In this document: positions 17,512 through 28,110 of the stretch, piece by piece
Numbering within the stretch: position 1 is the first letter of the stretch
Layout: the number at the start of each line of letters is the position of its first letter
NCBI GenBank assembly: GCA_031411295.1
Contig: JANOAV010000087.1
Location: 1 to 64,000 of the forward strand
Reading direction: 5' to 3'
DNA from: Verrucomicrobiales bacterium
GTDB lineage: Bacteria > Verrucomicrobiota > Verrucomicrobiia > Verrucomicrobiales > V1-33
DNA length: 64,000 nucleotides
Position numbers and translations under genes: made by a program
The notes under the pieces: generated by a model
Told to the model about the DNA's origin: nothing
Database searches by the model: none
Seen by the model: only the letters and a program-made list of their open reading frames with translations

Positions 17512-18846
17512 TCAAGGTCTGATTGCTTGTTTTTGCTTCCGATGCCGGAAACGATGGATCCACCGTTGCAGCTTGGGGATGGTCTGTTTTTGGTAAGCAG
17601 CGGTGAGACCCGGCACGCGCGCTTGGAGTGCGGCATCCGGTGGGATGTCGCCAGATTGCACCAGCAAGGTTAAGAGGTGCTGAGCCGTGATTTCCTTGGC
17701 GAAAAGTCGCTGGGCGCGCTGCAGGCCGGCCTGGCCGTAGCTCTCCGCCAGTTGCGGATCCCGCAGGAGCCGCTCCAGCAGGTGCGCAAATTCTTTGGCG
17801 TGGCGTTCCTCACAGAGCAGCCCCGTTTGTTCATGGGCGACCATTTCCGGCACCCCGGCCAGCGTCGTGGAGACACAAGGTAATCCTGCCGCCATGGCCT
17901 CCATGAGGACGGTGGGAAGATTGTCCTTGCCGCCGTCTTTCTCGGTCACACAGGGCAGGGCAAAAATATTGGCCGCGCCCAGCCACGCCAGGATGTCCTG
18001 CTGCGGCAGCGGGCCCAGCAAATGCACCTGCTTCTGCAAGCCGAACGATTGGATGAACATGCGCAGGTCCTCGAACAGCGGCCCTTCACCCGCAATGTGG
18101 CATTGGAATGGCACCTCCGCACTGCGCAGGTGGGCGCAGGCGCGGATGAGATCGTCGAATCCCTTTTTCTCAATCAAGCGCCCCACACTGAAAATGATCG
18201 GCGGGTCGTGTTTCGGCTGTCCGGCCGTGGGTTGCCTAATGCTTGCGAGATCGATTCCGTTGTAAACGCGATGGATTTTCCCTTTGTAATTCGGAAAGCG
18301 ATCCCGCAGCCATCCTGCGGTGTAGTCACTCACGGTGATCACCGTGGCGGCATCCTTGACCAAATGGCCCAGCGTCAACGGAAGGCCAGCATCCACAAAC
18401 ATGTCGTTGGCATGGCCCGTGAAACTGTAGGAATGCTGGTAGAACTGGCGCAGCCACCAACAAGTGCGCGCCGCCAAGCCGGCAAAGTGCGCATGCGCAT
18501 GCCGCACCCCGGCTTCCTGCATTTTATATCCGATGTAGGCCGCTTCATAGATCCGCTGTTTATCCGGCCACTCCCCCCAATCCCGCAAGGTGAGCACCAC
18601 GGATTGCGGAAGTTTCCGCTCGTCCTTGAGCCGATTCACCACTTTCACGAGCTCCTTGTCCTGCGGGAGCACCTGCACTTGGGCGCGCAGGGATTCGGGG
18701 AAATGCTGCACCTCCTCGTGGGCGACATCATGAATGGAGAAGAGCAACGGGCGCGCCCCCTGGCGCTGCAGTTCAAGCACCTCACGGGCGCAGAAGGTTT
18801 GAGTGAAAGAGGGGAAGCGTTCGAAGACGTAGGCGAAGTGATTCAT
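17512..18846 (-). CDS. Glycosyltransferase family 4
   Basis: SVGRLIEKKG, LMEAMAAGLP, HAHF. Confidence 0.92.
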   Translation of the reverse strand: MNHFAYVFERFPSFTQTFCAREVLELQRQGARPLLFSIHDVAHEEVQHFPESLRAQVQVLPQDKELVKVVNRLKDERKLPQSVVLTLRDWGEWPDKQRIYEAAYIGYKMQEAGVRHAHAHFAGLAARTCWWLRQFYQHSYSFTGHANDMFVDAGLPLTLGHLVKDAATVITVSDYTAGWLRDRFPNYKGKIHRVYNGIDLASIRQPTAGQPKHDPPIIFSVGRLIEKKGFDDLIRACAHLRSAEVPFQCHIAGEGPLFEDLRMFIQSFGLQKQVHLLGPLPQQDILAWLGAANIFALPCVTEKDGGKDNLPTVLMEAMAAGLPCVSTTLAGVPEMVAHEQTGLLCEERHAKEFAHLLERLLRDPQLAESYGQAGLQRAQRLFAKEITAQHLLTLLVQSGDIPPDAALQARVPGLTAAYQKQTIPKLQRWIHRFRHRKQKQAIRP

Positions 18847-18874
18847 GGAAGGGGCCGCGCAAGGGGCGCGCGGA

Positions 18875-19390
18875 CTATTTCTTTAGCCGGAAAGGCGTGC
18901 CGCAATACATGCAGTTGAAACGCCCTCGCGTGAGGATACTCAGGACGGTGGAGGTCTTATGGTTGAAGAAAAGGAATTTATTGGCCAAGCGATGCTTGTG
19001 GCAGCGTTTTTCTTGCAACGGCGTGCCATGGCAGAGTGGACAGTGCGTGCTCAACCCGTTGGAATAACTGGCAATTTGGAAAATAATAAAGGTCACGAAT
19101 GCCGCCAGCGCGTATTCCATCCACACCCGATCCCCGCTCTGCATATATTTCCAGCCGACATAAGCCACAATTCCCAAGCTCACCCAGCGAATCACATTGT
19201 AGAGCACTCCTGCCAACAACCGTCCGGGGTTACGAAATGGGCGTGGCCGTTGCGTCAATTCCCAATTGCCTGCGCGGCCGGTTAATTGTTCATATAGAGC
19301 TTCGTCATCAAGCGGATCTTCGTCCATGAGTTCGGTGGTGGGCACTTCAGGTGCATGAGCTTGGCGATAAGTCAAGGTGTCAGGAGCCAT
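18875..19390 (-). CDS. Hypothetical membrane protein with Zn-ribbon-like CxxC pairs
   Basis: Two hydrophobic helices; CPLC and CMYC motifs. Confidence 0.75.
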   Translation of the reverse strand: MAPDTLTYRQAHAPEVPTTELMDEDPLDDEALYEQLTGRAGNWELTQRPRPFRNPGRLLAGVLYNVIRWVSLGIVAYVGWKYMQSGDRVWMEYALAAFVTFIIFQIASYSNGLSTHCPLCHGTPLQEKRCHKHRLANKFLFFNHKTSTVLSILTRGRFNCMYCGTPFRLKK

Positions 19391-19608
19391 GGTGGTTCAG
19401 AGGTATGTTGATGAGGGTTGGCAAGGATTCCACCGAAATCATTCGCGGAATTTCTTTCTTTAAATTTAGCACTCAAGAAATTTAAGTTCCACTAGAATTT
19501 CTATTGTTTTAATCTATTTTCCATGAGGGGGCCGGAAATCGGCAATCCAGTCACTGCGATGCCGAGCAGGGGAAGCCCGCTCCAGTCTAACTTCATGTAA
19601 AGCAGAGA

Positions 19609-19643
19609 ACGCTGCCGCTCCTCCTACAAGAGAACCGGCAGCG
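19609..19643. terminator. Hairpin after the minus-strand PEP-CTERM gene, possible terminator
   Basis: CGCTGCCG...CGGCAGCG inverted repeat. Confidence 0.35.
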
Positions 19644-19670
19644 GCTCACTACTATCCATGAAAAAGCGAT

Positions 19671-20465
19671 CTAGCCGCGGCGTTTGCGACCATTCACCAA
19701 CCCCAGCGCAGCCAGTCCGAGCAGGCAGGAGATGGAGGGTTCTGGCAGGGGTAGGGGATTGTAGCCAACGACCAAGCTTGCAACGTTAAAGTATCCTTCG
19801 TCAGCCCCTTGAATCCCGTAGACCCGAATCTCCAAGCCCTCGCTACCGATGGTCAATTCATCCCAATGCCATGTCAACGTGTGGCCTTCGCCAGCAGAAA
19901 AGCTCCGGGTGGCGAGCCGGGTGGTTTGGAAATTTTCGTCACTGGCAACCGCCCACACGTCGGAGGGAGTTACATTGGAGGTGTCATCAATTACGAGAGA
20001 GGCGGACTCATAAATGACCTTTTCAGGGCTTTGTATTTTGAAACTGATGTAAGAAGCATCAACCTGCTTAATGCCCGTGCCATCATTAAAACTATGGGTA
20101 AAGACGCCCACACTGTCAGGATTCAGTCCAAAGCGCACCAACCAACCAGGCTCGGGCGTATCAGGATCGGCACGATTCCACGGCAGGTCGCTATTAATTA
20201 GTCCGTTGGTGCCGGGACGAAGAGGATCACTATCGTAGTAGCGTGCGGAGAGTGCGGCGGAAAGCTCCCCCTCCTTCACCTGACCTTCGAACACTGTAGA
20301 ATTGCCATCATTGTAATAAGGATCGAGATAAGTTCGCAGCGAAGTCTCGGAATCGTTCTTGGCGAAATCGATCAAGGAGGTGATGGCCATGGCCTTCCAA
20401 GGCATCAAAAGGAAATACCCAGCAGCTAGGGTGAGCAAATTTTGTTTAGATATTGGAAATTTCAT
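19671..20465 (-). CDS. PEP-CTERM sorting domain protein
   Basis: Signal peptide from MKFPISK; C-terminus LPEPSISCLLGLAALGLVNGRKRRG. Confidence 0.88.
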   Translation of the reverse strand: MKFPISKQNLLTLAAGYFLLMPWKAMAITSLIDFAKNDSETSLRTYLDPYYNDGNSTVFEGQVKEGELSAALSARYYDSDPLRPGTNGLINSDLPWNRADPDTPEPGWLVRFGLNPDSVGVFTHSFNDGTGIKQVDASYISFKIQSPEKVIYESASLVIDDTSNVTPSDVWAVASDENFQTTRLATRSFSAGEGHTLTWHWDELTIGSEGLEIRVYGIQGADEGYFNVASLVVGYNPLPLPEPSISCLLGLAALGLVNGRKRRG

Positions 20466-20632
20466 AATATAGAAATTATAAGCCATAAATTCAAGCTGTC
20501 CAAATATTTTTTTTGGAATTTTAAGATGGGTTGAGCGGTCGAGGGACAAGAAAATCAAGATATCTTAAAAATATGCGTTGCATTTTAGATCGTAGGTATT
20601 AACTTTTTGCACAATTGAAAATAATCGCATCC

Positions 20633-21787
20633 ATGAATACCAACCTTATGAATATCGCAAATCGTGATCAGACGTTAAAGCAAACGTTCCGTCGAACCCT
20701 TGGACTGGGTGCCTTAACCGCATGGCTTTCGCTGAGCGGGGGGGCTCAAGCCTCAGTGTCTATCTGGCAATACCAAGTGCTCTTCAATGATTTTGCCGGT
20801 CAGCCCGGTGGATTTGAAGATCAAGGAGTCGGGGCTTACGTTTATAATAGGAAGGGGGCCACCAGCGCTCCGAATACGCGCAGCTATGATTTCGTGCAAC
20901 CCACCGGGCAAACAGGCTCTGGCACGACGAAGTATGGCATCGGACAGGATCAGGTCACGGATCTGACCGTGACTTCCCGGATTATCGACGGTAGCAATGG
21001 CCACTGGACGAACATTCTGGCTGACAAGACGGTTGAAGGCCTGCGCTCCAGTGCCTTCGTCACTAGCGGGAAAAGTAAGCCCGGAGACTACGCGGTGGTC
21101 GCCTATGAATTTTCCTTCAGCTCAGACCTAGGTATCACGGCCAAGGATCTGGCAGTGCGGCTCTCAAACGTGAACGGCATCGGAGAGATCTACGAATGGT
21201 CGTTCGTAACGTTGGGCACCGTGGACGATGCCCCCTTTGCAGTGGGAAATATTGGCAACTATAAGAACACGGACTACACCAACGTCAGCAGTGGCGTTTA
21301 TTATAACGCGAACGGCACCCCTTCCGGTGCCGCCGCCACCGGCCAGCCTTTAGCCGATGGCAAAACGATGAGCCAATATCTGGCCGGACAGAATAGTCAA
21401 ACTCCCGGTGGCGGAGTGGTCGCCCCAGGTTGGTTTGCCAACGATGACTTTCATGTCAACTTTCAGGATGGCCCTGAAACCGCGTTTACCAATCCCGGGG
21501 CTGGTTCTCCTGATCCCTCGAAGCCTGACACGCTCTCGGTCCGCGGGGTCGAGGATCTGGGGCTTGATGAACTGGCGAATGTCACCTCCTTTACCGTCTG
21601 GCTGGGTTACAATGATGTGGGCTTCGACTCCAATGGCGACGGCTTCACTTCCACGGGATCCACCCAGCGCGGCATGATTTCCTTCGTAAACATTGGGGCC
21701 AGCGAGCCAACTCCCTTGCCTGAGCCGGGCACGAACGTCCTGCTCGGGTTCCTTGGCCTGATGGCGGTTTCCCGTCGTCGGCGGTAA
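20633..21787 (+). CDS. PEP-CTERM sorting domain protein
   Basis: Signal peptide ending AQA; C-terminus LPEPGTNVLLGFLGLMAVSRRRR. Confidence 0.9.
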   Translation: MNTNLMNIANRDQTLKQTFRRTLGLGALTAWLSLSGGAQASVSIWQYQVLFNDFAGQPGGFEDQGVGAYVYNRKGATSAPNTRSYDFVQPTGQTGSGTTKYGIGQDQVTDLTVTSRIIDGSNGHWTNILADKTVEGLRSSAFVTSGKSKPGDYAVVAYEFSFSSDLGITAKDLAVRLSNVNGIGEIYEWSFVTLGTVDDAPFAVGNIGNYKNTDYTNVSSGVYYNANGTPSGAAATGQPLADGKTMSQYLAGQNSQTPGGGVVAPGWFANDDFHVNFQDGPETAFTNPGAGSPDPSKPDTLSVRGVEDLGLDELANVTSFTVWLGYNDVGFDSNGDGFTSTGSTQRGMISFVNIGASEPTPLPEPGTNVLLGFLGLMAVSRRRR

Positions 21788-21795
21788 GAGTCGAT

Positions 21796-22950
21796 CTATT
21801 GCAATTCAAGCTTCGGGGCCGCTGCGCGTAGGAGTGCAGCGGCCTTTTGCATGGCTTCGGCAGCCGGGAGGTCCGGCGGGGAAATGGGAATGATCTGATG
21901 GAAAATTTCCTCCAACGGGGGACGAGCGGAGGCCTCACAGCGGCCGCAGAGTGCGAGGACACGTTTACCCAAGCTCCGCGCACGTCGCGCCAGGGCTACG
22001 GGGGCTTTCCCGGAAAGGCTGGAGTGGTCCAATTGCCCCTCGCCTGTGATGACGAGGTCCGCCCAGGAAAGTTTCTCGTTCAGATTCAGTGCGGTTGCCA
22101 TCAGGTCCAGGCCAGGAGCCAAGCGCGCTCCGGCAAATGCCATCAAACCATATCCCAGCCCCCCTGCCGCACCGCTGCCGGGCAGTGTATGAAGCACACG
22201 CCGTGCGTTGTCCGGAGTTCCGAGATCGGCCTCCACCCGCGCTACCAAGTGCGCTAAGCGCGCCTCGTGGGCCGCAAGCTCTGCGGGCTGGACGCCTTTT
22301 TGCGGGCCGTAAACTCTCGTGGCTCCCGTGGCCCCGAGCAGCGGATTCTCGACATCGCACGCCACTTCCACCGGAATCGGGAAAGGAATTGCTGGAGGGG
22401 AAATTTTCACCACGTGATCGAGCCGAGCTGGCAAATCTGCCACCTCCGCCCCGTCGGCATCCAAAAATCGATACCCCAGCGCCTGCGCCATCCCCACTCC
22501 GCCATCGTTGGTGGCGCTGCCACCGATGCCCAATAATATTTTCCGCGCCCCGGCGGCCACGGCATGCATCATCATCTCCCCGGTGCCCCGGGTGCTGGCG
22601 CGCCAGGGATCGCGAGCCTCAGGACGAATCAATAGCAAGCCAGAGGCCCGCGCCATCTCCATGACCGCCACCTCTCCAGAACGGGCATACTCCGCCAGAA
22701 CCGGCCGACCCAGTGGATCGGACACCGTTAGGGAAGTAAATTGCCCACCCAAGGCCGCCCGCATGGTATCCACGAATCCCTCACCACCGTCTGAGAGCGG
22801 GCAGGAAATGATTTCCCCGTGTAATGCCAACGCGTCTGCGAGGATTTCACAAATTTCGTCCGCTCGCAGCGAGCCTTTGAATTTATCAGGCGCGATGAGG
22901 ATCTTGTGCGGTGGGGTGAGACGCCCCGCCTCCCGGGGAGGATTTATCAT
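21796..22950 (-). CDS. glxK: Glycerate kinase (class I)
   Basis: IAPDKFKGSL, SDGGEG, GIGGSATNDGG, GAAGGLG, TGEG.LD. Confidence 0.93.
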   Translation of the reverse strand: MINPPREAGRLTPPHKILIAPDKFKGSLRADEICEILADALALHGEIISCPLSDGGEGFVDTMRAALGGQFTSLTVSDPLGRPVLAEYARSGEVAVMEMARASGLLLIRPEARDPWRASTRGTGEMMMHAVAAGARKILLGIGGSATNDGGVGMAQALGYRFLDADGAEVADLPARLDHVVKISPPAIPFPIPVEVACDVENPLLGATGATRVYGPQKGVQPAELAAHEARLAHLVARVEADLGTPDNARRVLHTLPGSGAAGGLGYGLMAFAGARLAPGLDLMATALNLNEKLSWADLVITGEGQLDHSSLSGKAPVALARRARSLGKRVLALCGRCEASARPPLEEIFHQIIPISPPDLPAAEAMQKAAALLRAAAPKLELQ

Positions 22951-22953
22951 TTC

Positions 22954-24117
22954 CTAGCGGAAAGATTTGGCGAAGTCCTCTTGGGAAATGCGCAGTTTCT
23001 CCGGGTCCACCGTCTTTTTCTGGAAGGTGCTGGTGTTGCCCCGATGCAGCAATTCCTTTTCATAGACCGCGGAATCCATGGGGAGATCGATCGTTTTATT
23101 GAGCCAACCGGACAACAAGATGGAGTTGGCCAGTTCAATGCTGTGAATGCCTTCGGCGGCAGGCGTCATCAGCTTCTCCCCATGCAGGATGGCGTTAGTG
23201 AAATTTTGCAGAATTTCCACATGCTGACCGCCCCGCCCGGTGACCGGAATTTCCACGGTCCACGTCTCGGGTTTGGCGAACCCGGAATAGACATCATTGC
23301 TCCATTCCGTCATCGGCACCTTGTTGCGAATCCAGGAAATCTTGTCCGGATGAATCGTGACATGCCCGCGCTCGGCCACGATTTCCAAGCAGTTCTTGCC
23401 GGGAGTTTCACCCGTGCTGGTTATGAAGACCGCGTTCTTGCCGTCCGGATAACGGAAATAGGCCGTCACATCATCCTCCACTTCAATTTGGTGATACCGA
23501 CCGAAATTGCAGAAGCCATGCACCTGCGCTGGCATGCCGAAGATCCATTGATACAAGTCCAAATTATGCGGACATTGGTTTAGGAGCACACCACCGCCCT
23601 CGCCCTTCCACGTGGCGCGCCAACCGCCGCTGGCATAATAAAATTCCGTGCGGAACCAGTCGCTGCAGTCCCAATGAATCCGCCGAATCGTTCCCAGTTC
23701 CCCTGAATCCACCAAGTCCTTCACGGCCTTCCACAGCGGCTCGGTGCGCATTTGGAACATCGCAGAGAAGACCTGTTTGGGGTTCTTGTGCGCGTTGATG
23801 AGTCGCTCGCAGTCTGCCTTGTGCACGCTCAATGGCTTCTCCACGCACACGTGCAATCCAGCCTCCAAGGCCGCCACCCCAATGGTGGTATGCGAGAAGT
23901 GTGGTGTGGCAATCAGAATGGCATCGATCTTGCCGCTCTTGATCATTTCATTCACATCCGAAAACTGCGCCTCGCCTTCCTCCGGTGCGGGCAGCGATTG
24001 TGGCATATCGCAAATGGCCGTTAATTCCAATCCACGCACCTTGCCAGCACGAAGGTTACTCCGGTGAGTTTTCCCCATGTTGCCAAGTCCGACTAATCCA
24101 ATACGCACTTTATCCAT
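22954..24117 (-). CDS. Gfo/Idh/MocA oxidoreductase
   Basis: GLVGLGNMG, EKP, GGGVLLNQCPH. Confidence 0.93.
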   Translation of the reverse strand: MDKVRIGLVGLGNMGKTHRSNLRAGKVRGLELTAICDMPQSLPAPEEGEAQFSDVNEMIKSGKIDAILIATPHFSHTTIGVAALEAGLHVCVEKPLSVHKADCERLINAHKNPKQVFSAMFQMRTEPLWKAVKDLVDSGELGTIRRIHWDCSDWFRTEFYYASGGWRATWKGEGGGVLLNQCPHNLDLYQWIFGMPAQVHGFCNFGRYHQIEVEDDVTAYFRYPDGKNAVFITSTGETPGKNCLEIVAERGHVTIHPDKISWIRNKVPMTEWSNDVYSGFAKPETWTVEIPVTGRGGQHVEILQNFTNAILHGEKLMTPAAEGIHSIELANSILLSGWLNKTIDLPMDSAVYEKELLHRGNTSTFQKKTVDPEKLRISQEDFAKSFR

Positions 24118-24203
24118 AATGCCTCCATGGTGGCGAAATGGGGCGCACTGTCAAGGCTGGCCGCAGGTGATGCGGCGTGCTTCCTGCCGCCGCCCGTGAA
24201 TCA

Positions 24204-24512
24204 CTACCCCGCCTGGAGCACCCGACTGATCTCCTTCAGATACCCGTAGCTATAAATGCCCGTTTTGTGCCCGTCCGAAAACGTGAACGCCAGGGCATAA
24301 CCCCCCACCTGCGCCCATCCATCCACCCGCACCCCCGGGAAACTCTTCCGATCATCCCCGCCGAAGGTATTCCCCAGCAAATCCTGCTCCCCCATGTTCT
24401 CCGCACTCGGGGAATACGCCCGCAGCCGCTCCATGGGGAAATAATCCTCGGAGTCGTCTGACCACTTTATCGCGATCTCATCGCCTATCATTTGAATGTC
24501 AGTTGGATGCAT
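24204..24512 (-). CDS. DUF971 / GBBH-like N-terminal domain protein
   Basis: VGGYALAFTFSDGHKTGIYSYGYL. Confidence 0.88.
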   Translation of the reverse strand: MHPTDIQMIGDEIAIKWSDDSEDYFPMERLRAYSPSAENMGEQDLLGNTFGGDDRKSFPGVRVDGWAQVGGYALAFTFSDGHKTGIYSYGYLKEISRVLQAG

Positions 24513-24592
24513 GCCCCAACCGGGAACCGTAATGGACCTTCACGCAAGGTCTTAATCCGCGCTCCGCAAGGACCTAAAATTCTGCATTCTAC

Positions 24593-26833
24593 TTACGGAG
24601 TCAGCGGGCGTTTCGACTGGATGAGGAAGAAACAGCGGGGATTGGTCGCTGGTCCGCAGGGGACGCTCACGGTGGTGGTTTGTGGGTCGCCCGGCGCGAA
24701 TCCTTGGGCGGCGGCCGTCCAGTGGATTAGGTCGTTGGAAGTCTGGGCGGAGTAAGTGCGCGTGCTGCTGCTGGAGAACGTTAGGGTGGCTATCGTGTGG
24801 TTGCCATTGAAGGATTCGCTGAGGATTTGGAAACGATCGTTGGGGTTCATCGGACTGGTGCCGGAGTTGAATTCTTCCAGGTCGGTTTGGCCATCGTGAT
24901 CGTTATCTCCACTACCGTTGGTGGCGGTGAGATTGCCAAATTTTTCCCGTTCCCAGGCGTCATCCAGGCCGTCGTTATCGGAGTCCACCATGGAAATGGC
25001 GAGCGTCTGCAAGCCGGTGCCGAGGTTGATCCAACCAATATTTTGCCCCCAGGCATACCCTTGCGCACTTCCGTCCACCAGGCTCACGCGGGCTCGGTCC
25101 GGGTGATTTGCTGCGGCCCAGCCGAAGTTAATCCAGCCCGCATTTTGTGACCAGGCGTAGCCGCTCAGATTGCCAGCGCCATCGTGATTCACCCCGCAAT
25201 CGTTGCTCGTGGTATTGCTATAGCGAATGCCGTTAGTCGGGGTGCCATCTCCGAAATCCAACCAACCGATGTTCTGGCCCCAGCCTTGTCCTTCCAGGAA
25301 ATACTCGCGCACCAATGCCCCTGCTGGCGCGCGGGGTTGATCATGGCGCAGACTGATCCAGCCTGCATTTTGCGCCCAGGCGAAACTGCCTCCGCTGGCG
25401 ATACTGCTGTTACCGGGTGGCGGTAAACTGAGGACATCGCGAGGATTCGTGCTGGCGATGAATTCATTCGCGTCCGAGACTCCGTCTTGATCGAAATCAC
25501 CGTTGCCATTGGTCACGGTGAGGGAACGGAAGTTGGCAAATTCCCACGCATCGCGCAGGCCATCGCGATCCGTGTCGGCGGTGTTATCGAGCAGCGCAAT
25601 GTCGATGACACGATTGAACTCCCATTGGTCAGGCAGGCCATCGGAATCAATATCGGTCATGTTAGCGATGAGGTTGACGTTCATGGTGCTGAGGTTGATC
25701 CAGCCTGCATTCTGCGCCCAGGCATAGCCGGCCAAGAAATTGGAGGGCTTATTGATGCGGGGTCGGTTGGGGTCGCTCGATGAGGCCCAGCCGAAGTTAA
25801 TCCAACCGATATTTTGTCCCCAGGCATAACCACTCAGATTGAAATCACAGTCCAAGTTCACCCCGCAATCATCCGCCGTCGTATTGGTGTAGCGCAGGCC
25901 ATCGCGCGGGGTGCCGTCGCCAAAGTTGATCCACCCCGCATTCTGCGCCCAAGCGGTTCCGCGGAGTTGATAGGAGGTAACAAAGACTCCGTTGTTGCCG
26001 TTAGGCTGGTTGTGTCGCGCATTGATCCATCCCAGATTTTGTCCCCAGGCATAGGGATCATTTTCGCTAATGGTGGAAGTGGTTGAGGGCGTCGGATAGG
26101 CGCCCGGGCTGGCGGGGTTGGTGGGGCTGGTGTTGGCGGCGTATTCGACTGCGTCTGTGAAGCCATCGCCATCGCTGTCCTGGGTGCCATTGCTTTCGGC
26201 TAGGCTGCGGAAGTGCGTGAACTCCCAACCGTCTGGCATGCCATCGCCATCTGAATCAGTGGTGGCATTGAAGATCGTGAGTTTATTGACCTGCCGCACT
26301 TCCCAAGTATCGGGGATTCCATCCTGATCTTGATCATAATAGCCGACCGGGCCGTCCGTGCGCAACCAATCGCCTCCCAGGTTGATCCACCCAAGACTGG
26401 CGGACCAAGCGTAGCCGCTGAATTTCTGCGTGGTGAAGTTGAAGGTGGGGCGTTCCGTCTGCTCAGTAGAAGTCCACTGGAAGTTAATCCAACCAGCATT
26501 TTGTGACCAGGCATAGCCGCTCAGATTTCCCCGCCAATCAAGGTTTACTCCGTAGTCGGTGGAACTATTGCTGGCGTTAGAGTAGCGCAGGCCGTCCTCC
26601 GGGGTGCCATCGCCAAATTTCATCCACCCCACGTTCTGACCCCAAGCGATCCCGGACATGGTAAACGAAGTGACTTGCACGCCATCGTCCGTCCACCCAA
26701 AGGGCGACAAGTTCAACCATCCTGCATTTTGCGACCATGCGTGATGGTAGGTGGGATGGAGGTTGGATGCCAACACCGCCCGGGCGTTGCTGGCAAAGAA
26801 CAACGAGGTGATGAGGATGAGGGCGTGACGCAT
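24593..26833 (-). CDS. Secreted repeat protein: three YAWxQNAGWINF-rich modules, each followed by DxDxDG Ca-binding-like repeats
   Basis: Signal peptide from MRHAL; internal triplication is visible in the translation. Confidence 0.85.
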   Translation of the reverse strand: MRHALILITSLFFASNARAVLASNLHPTYHHAWSQNAGWLNLSPFGWTDDGVQVTSFTMSGIAWGQNVGWMKFGDGTPEDGLRYSNASNSSTDYGVNLDWRGNLSGYAWSQNAGWINFQWTSTEQTERPTFNFTTQKFSGYAWSASLGWINLGGDWLRTDGPVGYYDQDQDGIPDTWEVRQVNKLTIFNATTDSDGDGMPDGWEFTHFRSLAESNGTQDSDGDGFTDAVEYAANTSPTNPASPGAYPTPSTTSTISENDPYAWGQNLGWINARHNQPNGNNGVFVTSYQLRGTAWAQNAGWINFGDGTPRDGLRYTNTTADDCGVNLDCDFNLSGYAWGQNIGWINFGWASSSDPNRPRINKPSNFLAGYAWAQNAGWINLSTMNVNLIANMTDIDSDGLPDQWEFNRVIDIALLDNTADTDRDGLRDAWEFANFRSLTVTNGNGDFDQDGVSDANEFIASTNPRDVLSLPPPGNSSIASGGSFAWAQNAGWISLRHDQPRAPAGALVREYFLEGQGWGQNIGWLDFGDGTPTNGIRYSNTTSNDCGVNHDGAGNLSGYAWSQNAGWINFGWAAANHPDRARVSLVDGSAQGYAWGQNIGWINLGTGLQTLAISMVDSDNDGLDDAWEREKFGNLTATNGSGDNDHDGQTDLEEFNSGTSPMNPNDRFQILSESFNGNHTIATLTFSSSSTRTYSAQTSNDLIHWTAAAQGFAPGDPQTTTVSVPCGPATNPRCFFLIQSKRPLTP

Positions 26834-26877
26834 GGGAGCGGGGTGGTAAATGATGGTCCAGGTGCTTCCGGGGTGAC

Positions 26878-28071
26878 TCAAGGTCCGGTGTTGAAATTAC
26901 CTGCTCCAGCCCCGGTAACCACAATGTTTCCGGTGATCGCCTGACAACTGAAGGCTTTGAGTGCGTTGATGGCATCGCCTCCGGCCACGGTAGCCCGGCC
27001 TACGCAGAAGCTGGCGGAGCCGACGGCTTGGATGCCCGGTTTACCTTCGCCACTGGAATTACTAACACTCACGCCGGCCCAGATGCCTGGTTGATTCGTA
27101 TTGGCTGCGGATGAGGTGCCGATACAGCCAGTGGCAATGGTCGCGTGGATCCCCTGGCCATCGATAGAAACACCTTGACAGTTAGACGCTGTGTAAGCTT
27201 CCACGCCATAGCCGGTTTTGCTGGACCCACGGCAGTTCAAGGATTGATGCCCGGCCACCCCGCGTCCTCCGCCATCTGAGGTGCCGCTGCAATTGGTGGC
27301 GGTATAGGAAACCACGCCATCGCTGACAAAGCTGCTCGCTGAGCAGTTGGAAACCGAATGCGCTACGACAGCCTGGGCGTAGGCCTGGCGGACCACACAT
27401 TGGTTCACGTTCGTGGCCACCACACCAGCGCCACCACACATCCGCACGGAGCAATCCCGCACGTTGGAACTGATGGCGACAGCGATTACGGGCAGTGTGG
27501 TGGTGTTTACAATCACTTCCTCCCCACAGTAAATCCCATGCCGCCGCACGCCGGAAACGGTCACGGTATCGATGTTGACATTGTCCGCCCAATTCACTCC
27601 ATCGAGCCGGAGGTTGATGCCATCGGCAAACCCTGCTCCACTCCAACTGGAACTCTGATCATTGTAAGCGGCAGTGCTGCTGATGTGGCCATTGCGGATC
27701 GTGACGTCCTCGTGGGCGCCTTGGATGGCAATGCCTGCACCGGTGCTGGCCGGGTTGGTGGAGCTGATGCAAAAGCCATTCATGTCCAAGGTCACGCAAC
27801 TGGCGGAGATCAGGATGCCATTCCCGGCGGCCACGGTGATATTTCCACAGAGCACATAACTGCCGGGCGTGGTGATGAGCACAGTGGTGGTGCTGGCAGG
27901 AATTTCCTTGCGGCAGGTCAGGGCCGCGCTCTTAACTTCGAGGAGCGATGGCATGTCTGCCGCCGGGGCTCCGGGGGCTCCGGGAGGTGTCAGGGGTCCG
28001 GCCGCGTGAGTGAGGCTCGTAAGGGCCGCCAACAGCATCGCGCTGGTGGTGAGTAATTGGAGTTTGTGCAT
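26878..28071 (-). CDS. Secreted right-handed beta-helix repeat protein
   Basis: AGPLTPPGAP..MPSL.E; PGSYVL.GNI; VTLDMNGF.I; NC-rich repeats. Confidence 0.82.
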   Translation of the reverse strand: MHKLQLLTTSAMLLAALTSLTHAAGPLTPPGAPGAPAADMPSLLEVKSAALTCRKEIPASTTTVLITTPGSYVLCGNITVAAGNGILISASCVTLDMNGFCISSTNPASTGAGIAIQGAHEDVTIRNGHISSTAAYNDQSSSWSGAGFADGINLRLDGVNWADNVNIDTVTVSGVRRHGIYCGEEVIVNTTTLPVIAVAISSNVRDCSVRMCGGAGVVATNVNQCVVRQAYAQAVVAHSVSNCSASSFVSDGVVSYTATNCSGTSDGGGRGVAGHQSLNCRGSSKTGYGVEAYTASNCQGVSIDGQGIHATIATGCIGTSSAANTNQPGIWAGVSVSNSSGEGKPGIQAVGSASFCVGRATVAGGDAINALKAFSCQAITGNIVVTGAGAGNFNTGP

Positions 28072-28110
28072 AGGAATAATTGGGTGTGATGGCTAAATTT
28101 AATGAACGTG

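Noticed and set aside
18022..18918. Long antisense ORFs (also 9097..10005, 42359..43186, 53822..54901)
   Set aside because: They overlap well-supported genes on the opposite strand, as is common in high-GC DNA.
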